From an uncultured delta proteobacterium (GTDB lineage Bacteria; Desulfobacterota; Desulfobacteria; Desulfobacterales; Desulfosalsimonadaceae), in NCBI GenBank assembly GCA_963826785.1, contig CAWGYD010000010.1, positions 224,001-288,000 on the forward strand: 64,000 nt of DNA. The letters are read 5' to 3'. Each line of letters begins with the position of its first letter. Within the stretch, counting starts at the first letter, position 1. Shown one piece after another: positions 38,836 to 50,953 of this stretch. A program made the position numbers and the translations under genes. The notes below the pieces were generated by a model. The model was not told the DNA's origin. It saw only the letters and a list, made by a program, of their open reading frames with translations, and searched no databases.

Positions 38836-39126
38836 CTTTTTTCCTTTGGATCTTTCTGAATTGATTGATTGTGATATATCTTATCATTCACGGTGCGGTG
38901 CAGGAATAATTATTTCAGCGTGTCGGCCGGGTCAATGCGGTTTTTATGTCAGGGCATGAGAATTCGGGGACACCTGTAAAATCAGTTGAAAGCGATTGAG
39001 GCATGACATTTTTCCTGATTAATGTATAAAGGGCCGTGGAGCTTAAATCCCCCCTGCCCCCCTTTGCGAAAGGGGGGAAAAAAAGGAACAAAACGCTTTA
39101 TTATTGGAATTGTCTGAACAAGATAG

Positions 39127-39744
39127 ATGCGCAATTTAAATATTTACCAGCAAGAACAGCTTGAAACTCTGCTGGCGGTCCGGGATTATCTTTTACGGCT
39201 TGCCCCCCGGGAGCTTCAGCGGTTAACGGACAAAATCTCCCCCTACCTGTCGTTCCGAAATGACGTGTCCGTCTTTTCAAATGCCCATTTCGCGGATGTC
39301 TGCAACGAGAAATGCTATCGGGAACGGCTCAGTGCGTGCTGCTCCAGAGACGGGATTATCGTGTTCTTCGCAGACGTGGTGATCAATGCGCTCGTATCCA
39401 GTGACAAGGATCTGGATCGGCTGGAGGAAGCCATTTGCCACCCGGAAACCGAATTCAAGTGCATCTTCCTTTCCGATTCCGGATGCCTGTGGCGGGTCAA
39501 ACCGATCGTCTGCGAAATGTTTATCTGTGACGAGGCCAAAAAGAAGGTGTTTGATGACAATCCTGCCGCGGCCGGTCAATGGGAGCAGTTCGAGGCCATC
39601 CGGGAAGGCTTTACCTGGCCGGATCAGCCGGTGCTGTTTGAATACCTGGAGGATTTCTTCATGAAAGCGGGGTGCCAGTCCCCGTTGATGCACATCCACA
39701 CCAGTCCGGGGCTCATGCGCGTTCGGCGGGCGAGGAAGAAATAA
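39127..39744 (+). CDS. Cys-rich hypothetical protein (YkgJ-like metal/Fe-S binding)
   Basis: CNEKC..SACC ... CIFL...GC.W..KP..C..F.C. Confidence 0.65.
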   Translation: MRNLNIYQQEQLETLLAVRDYLLRLAPRELQRLTDKISPYLSFRNDVSVFSNAHFADVCNEKCYRERLSACCSRDGIIVFFADVVINALVSSDKDLDRLEEAICHPETEFKCIFLSDSGCLWRVKPIVCEMFICDEAKKKVFDDNPAAAGQWEQFEAIREGFTWPDQPVLFEYLEDFFMKAGCQSPLMHIHTSPGLMRVRRARKK

Positions 39745-39755
39745 GCAGTCTCCGC

Positions 39756-40680
39756 CTACATGTTGACCTGATCCCGCCCTTTTAATTTGAGCAGTTGGCG
39801 GGTTTCATCCGGGGTGCAGGGTTCATAGCCGAACTCGGCGGCGATGCGCACCATTTTTTCCACCAGCTCGGCATTGGATTTGGCCATCTCTCCCGGGCCC
39901 AGCCAGAGGTTGTCCTCCAGCCCCACTCTGGCCCCGCCGCCCAGAAACAGGGACGTGGCGGCCATGGGAAATTCGTGTTTGCCCGCGCCGATGGTGGAGA
40001 ACATGAAATCGCCCCCGAACAGCGACTTACCGGTCTGCTTCATATGCACCAGGTGCTCGATGGTGGAGGCGATGCCGCCTAAAATCCCTGTGACGAACTG
40101 GACGTAAAAAGGGGCGGCGATCCCGCCCCGGGCATAGAGGTGATGGGCATTGTGCAGATGCCCCACATCGTAGGCTTCAAATTCCGGCTTGGTGCCGGTC
40201 TCCGCAAATACGGATAGAATCCGCTCCAGGTCGGCAAAGGTGTTGCGGAAGATAAAATCCTTGGACATCTCCAGGTACCTGGGCTCCCACTCGTGTTCCC
40301 AGTCCTTGATTTTCTCCAGCACCGGGAACAGGGCAAAATTCATGGACCCCAGGTTGCAGGAGGCCAGTTCCGGGCTTGAACCGGGGAACGGCTGCGATGC
40401 GCTCGTCCACGGTCATGTTCATGCCCCCGCCGGTGGTGATGCAGATCACCACATCGCTTTTCGCATGGATGGCCGACACGATCTCTCCCATCAGGTCCGT
40501 ATCCCCGGTGGGCATGCCCGTTTCCGGGTCCCGGGCGTGCACGTGCACCGTGGATGCGCCGGCCTCTGCCGCATCAATTGCCTGGGCCGCGATATCTTCG
40601 GGTTTGATGGGCAGATAGGGCGCCATGGTGGGGGTATGGATGGCGCCGGTAACCGCGCAGTTTAGAATGAACTTGGGCAT
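39756..40680 (-). pseudogene. Beta-keto acid cleavage enzyme (BKACE/DUF849, kce-like) with one frameshift
   Basis: CAVTGAIHTP, AGASTVHVHARD, ITTGG, then (+1 base near 40372) ELASCNLGSMNF, PEFEAYD, RVGLEDN. Confidence 0.85.
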
Positions 40681-40718
40681 GGGATTTCCTTTCAAGGAAT
40701 TTATTTCGATGCTTCGAT

Positions 40719-40794
40719 CGTCATACCCGCTAAGGCGGACATCCGGAAAAGTCTGTTCAGCCACTCTGGATGCCGGATCAAGTCCGGCATGACG
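40719..40794. repeat. REP-like paired palindrome
   Basis: cgtcatacccgctaaggcggacatcc ... ctggatgccggatcaagtccggcatgacg. Confidence 0.7.
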
Positions 40795-40852
40795 CCCTAT
40801 TTTGGGCAAGTTCCTTCCTGCAAAAACGCAGTAAAGCAGAGTCGGCAAATTT

Positions 40853-41633
40853 TTACCCTTCGATGATCGCCACCGGCCGGGTCCATCCGGCGGATGCGGA
40901 CTTGATTTTCACGGGGAAGCAGCACACCTTGAACCCATGCGGTTCGGGGATTTTGTCCAGGTTGGTCATTTTCTCCATGTGGCAGTAGCCTTTTTCGATG
41001 CCGGCAAAGTGCGCTTCCCAGATCACGGAAGGATCGCCGGTCTTCTGGAATTCGTCCGCCAGAAACAGGCAGCGGCCGGTCCCAGGACCACGCATCGATT
41101 CCAACGACCTTCACCCCCTGCTCCAGCAGGTAGAGGGTCGACTCCCGGGTCATCCCCGCCCCCTTGACCAGGTATTCCGGCTTTCCCCACCAGGCATCCG
41201 CGCCGGTGCGCACCAGTACGATATCCAGCGGTTTGATCGCATATCCGATTTCAAACAATTTTTCCCGGACGTCTTGGGCGGTGATCCGCTCACCATCTCC
41301 CTTATGAGAAAAATCGAGCAGCACGCCATCCTGGAAGCACCATTCCAGGGGCACTTCATCGATGGTCAGGGCCGGTTTCCCCTTGTCCATGAAGGGATGA
41401 TAATGATACGGCGCATCCAGGTGGGTCCCGGAATGGGTGGTCAACTGGACAAATTCCACGGACCAGCCCAGTCCTCCGGGAAGCTGCTCCTTTTTGAGTC
41501 CCGGAAAGAACATCTCCATCTGTTCGGCTCCCTGGGCATGGGTGATGTAATCCACCTTGGGGATCATCATTTCCGGATCACTGGGCAGCCCCGTCTCAAT
41601 GGCAATGGAAAGATCGATTATCCGACGCGCCAT
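40853..41633 (-). pseudogene. Cyclase family (kynurenine formamidase-like) metal hydrolase with one frameshift
   Basis: IIDLS, HSGTHLDAP, VLVRTG, GIDAWSWD, then (+1 base near 41067) FLADEF..WEAH..HMEK..NL..FPVKI..AGWTRPVA. Confidence 0.85.
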
Positions 41634-41746
41634 TTTTCACCTCCGATCTTTACGTGAATGTTTGCGGCATGGGTACGCTCCGGGGTTGGTTACGGTTTCA
41701 ATGATTCTACCACGAAAGGCACGACGCGCATAAAAAATTGTGCGGG

Positions 41747-42448
41747 TTACATCTGGGAAACCAGAGACTTGAACCGGTCAAATTCGGTTGCGGCGGGCAG
41801 CTGCCGCTGCTCCAGAAATGAAATGACGCCCGGGCTGTTGAGCCGGAGGAAAGGGTCTACCTTGACTTCGTCTTCCAAGGTGGACCGCACATGGGCGGGA
41901 TCATACTTTTTCAAGTACTTATCAATGTATGGATTGCCGGGTTCCACCTTTCGATCAAATTCGATGTATTCCTCTACATAATCGTGCCCGGCGTAGACTA
42001 GGGTGTCCATCGGAAGTTTCAACAGGGCCTGAATGGATTTATAAAATCCTTCTAAGTCGCCGGTGAAGCAGCGGCCTACCTTGCCGTTGAACAGGGTGTC
42101 TCCGGAGATCAGGAACGGCGGCGCATGAAAACAGATCGAATCTTCGGTGTGGCCCGGTGTGGGGATGACGCGGATATCTTCACCCCCGAGTAAAATGGTG
42201 CCTTTTTTGACGGCTTCACGGGGAGAAAGCGTTTGGGCACCGGTATGGCGGGTCAGTTCAGCGTTTCCGGGGGTGTGGTCCGGGTGGGAGTGGGTGTTGG
42301 TGACATACTTAAGGGTGAGGCGGCGCTCATCCAGGAAAGACGTCATCTCCGCGGCCGCCCCGCCGTCAATGGCCATCGCCTCGCCTTCGGCATAAAGAAG
42401 GTATCCAAGGTTATTGTCGCCGTGATAACGAAATTGTTTGATATCCAT
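41747..42448 (-). CDS. gloB: Hydroxyacylglutathione hydrolase-like metallo-beta-lactamase
   Basis: THSHPDH, TPGHT, SGDTLF, GHDY, STLEDE...PFLR. Confidence 0.8.
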   Translation of the reverse strand: MDIKQFRYHGDNNLGYLLYAEGEAMAIDGGAAAEMTSFLDERRLTLKYVTNTHSHPDHTPGNAELTRHTGAQTLSPREAVKKGTILLGGEDIRVIPTPGHTEDSICFHAPPFLISGDTLFNGKVGRCFTGDLEGFYKSIQALLKLPMDTLVYAGHDYVEEYIEFDRKVEPGNPYIDKYLKKYDPAHVRSTLEDEVKVDPFLRLNSPGVISFLEQRQLPAATEFDRFKSLVSQM

Positions 42449-42680
42449 TATGCCCCTCCCCTCTTCCCCAATTATCCGATTTGCGCCAGAGTGACAACTT
42501 CGGATTTTCCGGGAAATCGCTCCAAAAAATTATGGTTTTTTGCAAACCGGCCGGCTTAACACCCCCCTGCCCCCCCTTAAGGGGGGAATTGACAAGGTAC
42601 CCTCAAAGGGATGGAATTAAAGGGGGGTGTGCTTTTGGCGACCGCCGTCGGTCGGAATACATCTTTGATGGGTCATCATT

Positions 42681-43484
42681 TTATTTGCCCTTGAATTCGG
42701 GTGTGCGCTTGTCGAATATGGCGTCCAGGGCTTCCAGGTGATCTTCGGTATTGTGGCACAGGGCCTGGCAGGCCGCAGATTGATCGAGCAGGTGTTTGAG
42801 CCCAATCTCCTGCCCGGCGTATAGCAGGCGCTTGGCCATGCGCAGGGCTTCGGGGGGCATCAGGGCGATTTTTCGCGCCAGTTTCAGGCTTTCTTCCATA
42901 AGCTGCTCGTGGGGGGCCACGTCGTTGACCAGCCCGATCTCGAGCGCCCGCCGGGCGCTGATGATCTCGCCGGTAAAGGTCATTTCGCAGGCCCGGGCCA
43001 TCCCCACTGCCCGGGGGAGGAAATAGGCGCCGCCGTCCCCGGGAATCAGCCCCACGGTTAAAAAGGTCTCCCCGAAACGGGCTTTTTCCGAGGCCACGCG
43101 CATGTCGCACATGAGGGCCAGGTCGCACCCCGCACCGATGGCCGGGCCGTTGACCGCGGCAATGGTGGGAATTTCCACCCCGTGGACGGCCAGGGGGATT
43201 TGCTGGATGTTTTTCCGGTAATTTTCCATGAGCCTGGCCGGTGATCCGCCAAACATCCCCTTTTTCGCCGCCATGTCCTTGATGTTGCCGCCGGAGGAAA
43301 AGGCGGGATCAGCCCCCGTGATGATCAGCACCTTGATGGAAAGATCCGCATTGACCATAGCGCAGACGGCTTCCACTTCGGCAATCACGGCCTCGCCGGT
43401 AATGGCGTTTCGGATGTCCGGCCGGTTGAGCGTCAGGGTGGCGATTCCACCAGATGCCTCATAACGGATTTCGGTAAAATTCAT
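42681..43484 (-). CDS. Enoyl-CoA hydratase/isomerase (crotonase) family protein
   Basis: TLNRP, FSSGGN, AAVNGPAIGAG, GLIPGDGG. Confidence 0.9.
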   Translation of the reverse strand: MNFTEIRYEASGGIATLTLNRPDIRNAITGEAVIAEVEAVCAMVNADLSIKVLIITGADPAFSSGGNIKDMAAKKGMFGGSPARLMENYRKNIQQIPLAVHGVEIPTIAAVNGPAIGAGCDLALMCDMRVASEKARFGETFLTVGLIPGDGGAYFLPRAVGMARACEMTFTGEIISARRALEIGLVNDVAPHEQLMEESLKLARKIALMPPEALRMAKRLLYAGQEIGLKHLLDQSAACQALCHNTEDHLEALDAIFDKRTPEFKGK

Positions 43485-43661
43485 GATTCCCCCTCTCCTC
43501 TATAGATGATGCCAGGCTGCCCGTATCGTTTTCCGCTTCCGAAAATCCCCCCTTGCCCCCCTTTTTCTCAGGGGGGTAAAAACAAAAGATAGCTTCTTCT
43601 GGAGCGAAATGGATTTTTAATCGGCTTTTTTTCCTCAGTCAAATTCCAGGGGACCGGTCCC

Positions 43662-43830
43662 TGGCGGGCGCGTGAACAGGGATCTGGAGAGCGGAAATTT
43701 GAGATTTTTGCATTAAATGCCGAAAACGCGGGTTTGCCTATTCCCGAACCCGAAGAATTCAGCCGATCCCCTTTGCCCGCACTGCAAAAAGATCACTGAA
43801 GCGACCAGATCCCTGTTTGCGCGCCCGCCA
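43662..43830. repeat. 26-bp inverted repeat enclosing 117 bp (MITE-like or structured RNA)
   Basis: tggcgggcgcgtgaacagggatctgg (43662-43687) vs ccagatccctgtttgcgcgcccgcca (43805-43830), 24/26 complementary. Confidence 0.75.
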
Positions 43831-44034
43831 AGCCGAGCATGGTCACGGTCACGGTGACGGTCAAGATCATGGTCAAATCGAAAATATCGAATCTAAAAGT
43901 CTGATTCGATGATTTAACGAAGCCTCAACTTTCTGGATTCCGGCTAAAAGACTGCCGGAATGACAGAGAGAGGAGGGTCTTGAACAATTATCTCATTTAT
44001 AGATGGGTACAAATTAATTTATGCTGAACAAAAA

Positions 44035-44775
44035 CTAAATGGAAAACCGCCACGCACAGAACCATTCATCCGGGTGCGGATCCGGCGGGCAGCCCACGCA
44101 TTCGGTCTTGATGCGATCATCGATGGCCCGGGCAAACTGGGTGTATTCCACAAGGCCCCCGCTCTTGCAGGGGTAATCCTGAAGCCCTTTGCGTTTGCGG
44201 GCGGACTGGACCCGGCAGTCCTCCATCCGGAAGAGGATCGTGTCCGGCCCCTCGTCCACAATGGACTGGACATTGATGTTGGCATATACCCTGAATTTCA
44301 ACGCTTTTTTCAATCCCTCCAGGCCGGGGTGTTCGTCCATGTTGAAAAACTTCTTGATGGACCAGGCCTCAAACGGCGAAAAATGGGCCCACGTGGAATC
44401 GTTGCAGCGCTTGGCGTCATTCATGCCGTGCGCAAATTCCACCGACTGGAACCAGACCCCGTCATTGACCAGCCAGTTGGCGGATACCGCTTTGACCAGT
44501 TCCAGGAGGGTGTCCCGGGACAGATTGGAAAGCGGCGCTGGCATTCCGTTTTTAACCTCAAACCCCAGGGTCTTGCCCAGGCGCTTGAGCTGAATATCGA
44601 GCCCCTTTGAAGTCGCTTCCTCCAGGGCGTTCATGGCAAGCCGGGTCCCCATCTGGTGCTTGACCTCATTGAACCAGAAGGCATAATGCATCACCGTGCG
44701 GTGCAGAATGTTAATGACATAGCGGGCCAGTTCCTCGTTTGAAAGATCTTCTATCGTTTGGGTCGGTTCAGTCAT
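44035..44775 (-). CDS. Conserved hypothetical protein (DUF6125-like)
   Basis: NWLVNDGVWF, CRVQSARKRKG..YPCK, FA..ID..I...C..CPPD.HP..WFC.W.F. Confidence 0.7.
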   Translation of the reverse strand: MTEPTQTIEDLSNEELARYVINILHRTVMHYAFWFNEVKHQMGTRLAMNALEEATSKGLDIQLKRLGKTLGFEVKNGMPAPLSNLSRDTLLELVKAVSANWLVNDGVWFQSVEFAHGMNDAKRCNDSTWAHFSPFEAWSIKKFFNMDEHPGLEGLKKALKFRVYANINVQSIVDEGPDTILFRMEDCRVQSARKRKGLQDYPCKSGGLVEYTQFARAIDDRIKTECVGCPPDPHPDEWFCAWRFSI

Positions 44776-44801
44776 TTTAAATTTCCTGTATTGGCTATTT
44801 T

Positions 44802-46760
<1,959 letters not shown>

Positions 46761-46796
46761 TCTTTCCTCTGTCTCGATTTGGTTTTCGATGAAATT

Positions 46797-46924
46797 GACG
46801 GCCTCGTAAAAAGTCCAAAGTGGGTCACCCCGGCGCAAGGCCGGGTCCAGAACCGATAAAAACTGGATTCCGGCCTTCGCCGGAATGACGGCAACCCAGT
46901 TTTCAGACCTTTGACGTCTCCATC
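46797..46924. mobile_element. MITE-like element (GAYG..CATC ends) carrying REP-like palindromes
   Basis: Imperfect TIRs gacggcctcgtaaaaagtc / gacctttgacgtctccatc; flanks gaaatt / aaaatt; sister copy at 54074. Confidence 0.65.
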
Positions 46925-47002
46925 AAAATTGAATCCTGCTGCAAACGGATCAATGAAATAGTGAATGTTGTTAATGAATTTGAAGTGCGATCTATTTATC
47001 TA

Positions 47003-47060
47003 CCCATCATTCCATTACTCCATTACTCCATTATTCCATCAATTCCATTACTCCATTATA
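47003..47060. repeat. Short tandem 8-bp repeat (ccattact/ccattatt)
   Basis: About 7 degenerate copies immediately downstream of the HMG-CoA lyase stop. Confidence 0.75.
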
Positions 47061-47065
47061 GCTTG

Positions 47066-48085
47066 CTACACCCGGCCGGTCAGTTCCTTGGGAATGCGAC
47101 CGCTGTGGGCGCTTTCGGAGCGCAGGCGCCGGCCCAGGATCTTTTCGGCCATGCGGCCGATGGAAAGCACCCGGTCCACATCCAGTCCCGTGTCGATGCC
47201 CATTTCATCCATCATCACCACCATGTCCTCGGTGGAAACCAGGCCGGTGATGGTGGGATCTTCGTAGTAGTACTTGCCGGTGCCCGCCACGGGCACGCCG
47301 GAAACGAAATTGGCCGGCTGGCCGCCGGTGCCGCCGATGGTGGATTCAAAATGGGTGATCCCGGCCTGGAGCGCGGCCAGCACGTTGGCCAGCCCCCATC
47401 CCCGGGTCACATGAAAATGGGCCAGGTGAAGATCGGGATTGGGCATGGCATCTAAAATCATTGAAAAATATTCATACACCTTGTTGGGCGGCGCGGACCC
47501 GTCATGGTCCGCATGCTCGATATCGTCGGCGCCGATGTCAAGCCAGCGCCGGGTGAACTCCACCGCTTTTTTGAGCTCAGTGGGCCCTTCGATGGGGCAT
47601 CCCCAGATGGTGCTCACCGTGCCGCACACCTTCATGCCGGCATCATGGGCGATGGGGATGTATTTTTCACACATCTTCCAGTATTCCTCCAGAGACAGGC
47701 CGGAATTGGTGCGGTGATGGGATTCGCTGGTGGACACCATGAACAGGATCCGGTCCGGGCCGTGGCCCGCCTGGCGGGCGGCAATGGCCCGATCCACGGC
47801 CCGCTCCCGGATGGTGATGGAGGTGGTTTCCACCTCGTCCAAGAGGTGCTTTACTTTTTTGCTGGCAAACAGCCGCTTGTAAATCTCATCGGCATCTTTG
47901 AACTGCGGCATCCCCTTGGGATTTCCAAAATTGGTGACTTCAAGCCGCCTGAATCCGGCAAGAATCAGCTCTTCAAGCATCCACAGCTTGGCATCCGTGG
48001 GCACGAACTGTTCTTCATGCTGAAACCCGTCTCGAACGGTGATATCACCAATAACCACTTTTTTGGGGAATTTCATTTCGGCCAT
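47066..48085 (-). CDS. Hydroxymethylglutaryl-CoA lyase (DRE-TIM family)
   Basis: RDGFQ, TIWGCP, HFHVTRGWGLAN, STED; isovalerate-pathway context. Confidence 0.8.
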   Translation of the reverse strand: MAEMKFPKKVVIGDITVRDGFQHEEQFVPTDAKLWMLEELILAGFRRLEVTNFGNPKGMPQFKDADEIYKRLFASKKVKHLLDEVETTSITIRERAVDRAIAARQAGHGPDRILFMVSTSESHHRTNSGLSLEEYWKMCEKYIPIAHDAGMKVCGTVSTIWGCPIEGPTELKKAVEFTRRWLDIGADDIEHADHDGSAPPNKVYEYFSMILDAMPNPDLHLAHFHVTRGWGLANVLAALQAGITHFESTIGGTGGQPANFVSGVPVAGTGKYYYEDPTITGLVSTEDMVVMMDEMGIDTGLDVDRVLSIGRMAEKILGRRLRSESAHSGRIPKELTGRV

Positions 48086-48193
48086 AACGCCCTCCTCATA
48101 TCGATTTCATGTGAATGTTTTTCATTTTCCCGTACACGTGTACGCGCACGGGCACGGGCACTGGGGTTAACCGTTTCCGTCCGGGTCGGGATA

Positions 48194-49784
48194 TCAAAAC
48201 CGCACGTTTCCAAAACTCGGCTCGCCGATGGGTTTGAGCAGACTGACTTCAAAGGCCATGGCCAGCCAGTCGCGGATCTCGCAGAATTTGAGCACCCGGT
48301 CGTTGAGCAGACGGGAACTGCAGAAAAAGGGATGGGCCTCTCCGTCGTATTTGTCCATCATCATCCTGAAAAAGGCATCCTTTTCCTCCTGGGACATGGG
48401 GTTTCCTTTGACTTCACGCTTGCGCTCCTCGATGGAAAGCAGCACCCCGCCGGCGCTGCGGCCGCTCATGACCGCGGTGCGGCCCCGCATGGTGGTGAAG
48501 AGGAAATTGGGGCGATACGCCCGGCCGCACATGCCGTAGTTGGCCGCCCCATTGTCCGGGCCGATCACCATCTGGATCCGGGGCACCTGGGCGCAGGAAA
48601 CGGAGCGCACCATGTCCGACCCGTATTTGCCGATGCCGTTGTGCTCCGATTCAGAGCCCACCATGTATCCGGGGGAGGCCTGGAGAAACAGCAGGGGGAT
48701 TTTTTCATAACTGCACCGGGTGATCCACTCCGCCGCCTTGCGGGCGGCTTCCTCGAAGATGACCCCGATCTTGTTGGAGGCGATGACCCCTATGGGGAGT
48801 CCCTTCAGCCGGATTTTTCCGGTAATGAGATTGTCGCCCCGGCCCGGCGCATAATTTTTCTTGTATTCGGCAAAGTAGCTGTCATCGGCGAATGTGGCCA
48901 GTATGGCCCGGGTATCGATTCCCTGGTGAATGGCCGCCGGCAGCAGATCATAGATGCTGTTGGGGTCCACCTGGGGCTCGCGCTCCTCGTACCGGTGCAG
49001 GTGGATTTTCTGGGGCGGCTCCAGCGAGAGGATCTCCCGCACCGTGGCGATGGCTTCATCCTGGTTGCCGCAGAAGTGGTCCGCCCCGCCGGAGACATGG
49101 GTATGGACCCGGGCGCCGCCGAGGTCTTCGGCGGAGATCACCTCGCCGGTGGCCATTTTCACCAGGGGAGGCCCGCCCAGGAAAGAATAGGACATCTTAT
49201 CGATCATGACCGACTGGCAGGCCATGAAAACGATGTAGGCGCCGCCGGCCGTGTTGCCGCCGGTGCTCAGGGTGATCTGCTTGATCCCCTTGGCGGACAT
49301 GCGGGCCATGTTGTAAAACATGGTGCCGAAATGCTGGTCGTCCGGGAAAACATCTGCCTGCATGGGAAGAAACGCCCCGCCCGAATCGGCGATATAAACG
49401 CAGTTGAGCCCGTTCTGCTCGGCGATGGCCTGGGCCCGCATGTGCTTTTTCAGGGTAATGGGAAAATACGTCCCGGCCTTGACCCGGCTGTCGTTGGCAA
49501 AGATCATGGTCCAGTTGCCGCCGATTTTTCCCACACCGGTGACCACGCCGCCGCACGGGACATCTTCCACATCCGGGTAGTTTACCCCGAAGCCCGCAAT
49601 CGAGCTGAGTTCATAAAACTGTGTGCCCGGATCGATCAGCAAACCGATCAGCTCCCGGACCGGTTTCTTTCCCTGTTTTTTGAGATGGCTCACCGCCTTT
49701 TCGCCACCCGGCCACATGGCCTGGTTCACCCGTTCATCGAGTTTCTGTTCTTCTGATTCCCAGTGGCGTTCGATTTTCAGTCAT
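48194..49784 (-). CDS. Acyl-CoA carboxylase carboxyltransferase subunit (3-methylcrotonyl-CoA carboxylase beta-like); frameshift near 5' end
   Basis: DSGGAFLP, TAGGAY, GGPPLVK.ATGE, LGGA..H, GAANYGMCGR; RBS plus ATG 49784 is out of frame by one base near 49768 relative to HWESEEQK... Confidence 0.85.
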
Positions 49785-49831
49785 GCTGTTTCCTTATCGT
49801 TTGTAATCCATTGACGATTGAATATGTATTG

Positions 49832-49977
49832 AGTGATTGAACGAAAAGTGCAGATCTGGGTTCAAGACATAAGTCCCAGGAATATTTCGACCGGAGGCGC
49901 AGCAGCCGGCGCTGAGGATCAAAAAATTTCCGAGAACGCAGTATTGGGCCAAAAGAGGTGACTTTCGTTCACGCACT
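49832..49977. mobile_element. MITE-like element, second family, copy 1
   Basis: TIR agtgattgaacgaaa / tttcgttcacgcact; internal similarity to 50805-50953. Confidence 0.65.
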
Positions 49978-50758
49978 ATTTGCCTTTGTACACCGGCTTT
50001 CGCTTTTCCCGGAAGGCGGCAAGGCCTTCCAGGCGGTCCTCGGTGGGGATGCAGATCCAGTAGGCGTTTGATTCAATGGCCATTCCCGTGTGAATGTCGG
50101 TCTCAATCCCCGCATCAATGGCATACTTGGCCTGCTGGATGGCAATGGGGCCGCCTTCGCAGATCAGTGCGGCCATTTTCTTTGATTCGGTCAGCAGCTG
50201 GTCCGGTTCGCAGATCTTGTTCACCAGGCCGATATCCAGGGCTTCGGCGGCGTCCACCCGCCTTCCCGTAAAAATCAATTCCTTGGCCTTGCCCCGGCCG
50301 ATCAGGCGGGGAAGCCGCTGGGTTCCGCCGGCCCCGGGGATAATGGCCAGACGGGTTTCCGTCAGGCCCATTTTGGCGTTGGTTGATGCGATCCGGATGT
50401 CGCAGGCCAGGGCCATCTCGGTCCCTCCCCCCAGGGCCACGCCGTTGACCGCTGCAATTACCGGTTTATTGAGGTTCTCGATACTGGAGAACAGGGTCCG
50501 GATGGTGTAGATGAACTTTTTCACCTCCTGCTCGGCCAGGGTGATCCGCTCCTTTAAATCCGCCCCGGCGCAAAACGCCTTCTCCCCGGCGCCGGTGATG
50601 ATCACCACCCTCACGCCGGGATTGAACCGGAGATCGTCTATGGCATCCTTCAGATCGTTCAAGAGCGCAAAATTCATCGAATTCATCACATCCGGCCGGT
50701 TCAAGGTCAGCACGGCCACCTGGTCGGTGATATCAACATTTAACACGGTATCAGTCAT
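49976..50758 (-). CDS. Enoyl-CoA hydratase (probable methylglutaconyl-CoA hydratase)
   Basis: FCAGADLKER, ALGGGTE, ETRLAIIPGAGGTQRLPR; pathway context. Confidence 0.88.
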   Translation of the reverse strand: MTDTVLNVDITDQVAVLTLNRPDVMNSMNFALLNDLKDAIDDLRFNPGVRVVIITGAGEKAFCAGADLKERITLAEQEVKKFIYTIRTLFSSIENLNKPVIAAVNGVALGGGTEMALACDIRIASTNAKMGLTETRLAIIPGAGGTQRLPRLIGRGKAKELIFTGRRVDAAEALDIGLVNKICEPDQLLTESKKMAALICEGGPIAIQQAKYAIDAGIETDIHTGMAIESNAYWICIPTEDRLEGLAAFREKRKPVYKGK

Positions 50759-50804
50759 ATTCCCTCCAACGTAATGATTTAGCTTGGACCTAATGAGTGC
50801 CTCC

Positions 50805-50953
50805 TGATTCCTGAATCCGAAAGTGTAGATTTTGGGTCAAGACAAGGCCGCAGGAATTTTTCGACCGGAGACGTAGCAGCGCTACGTTGAGGATCGAAGA
50901 GTTCCGAGAACGCAGTATTGAGCCGAAAGATGCACATTCGGATCAGGAATTCA
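50805..50953. mobile_element. MITE-like element, second family, copy 2
   Basis: TIR tgattcctgaatccgaa / ttcggatcaggaattca; shared caggaat..ttcgaccggag, tgaggatc, ttccgagaacgcagtattg with copy 1. Confidence 0.65.

Noticed and set aside
47504..49756. 750-aa plus-strand ORF
   Set aside because: Antisense to two well-supported genes; no motifs or RBS
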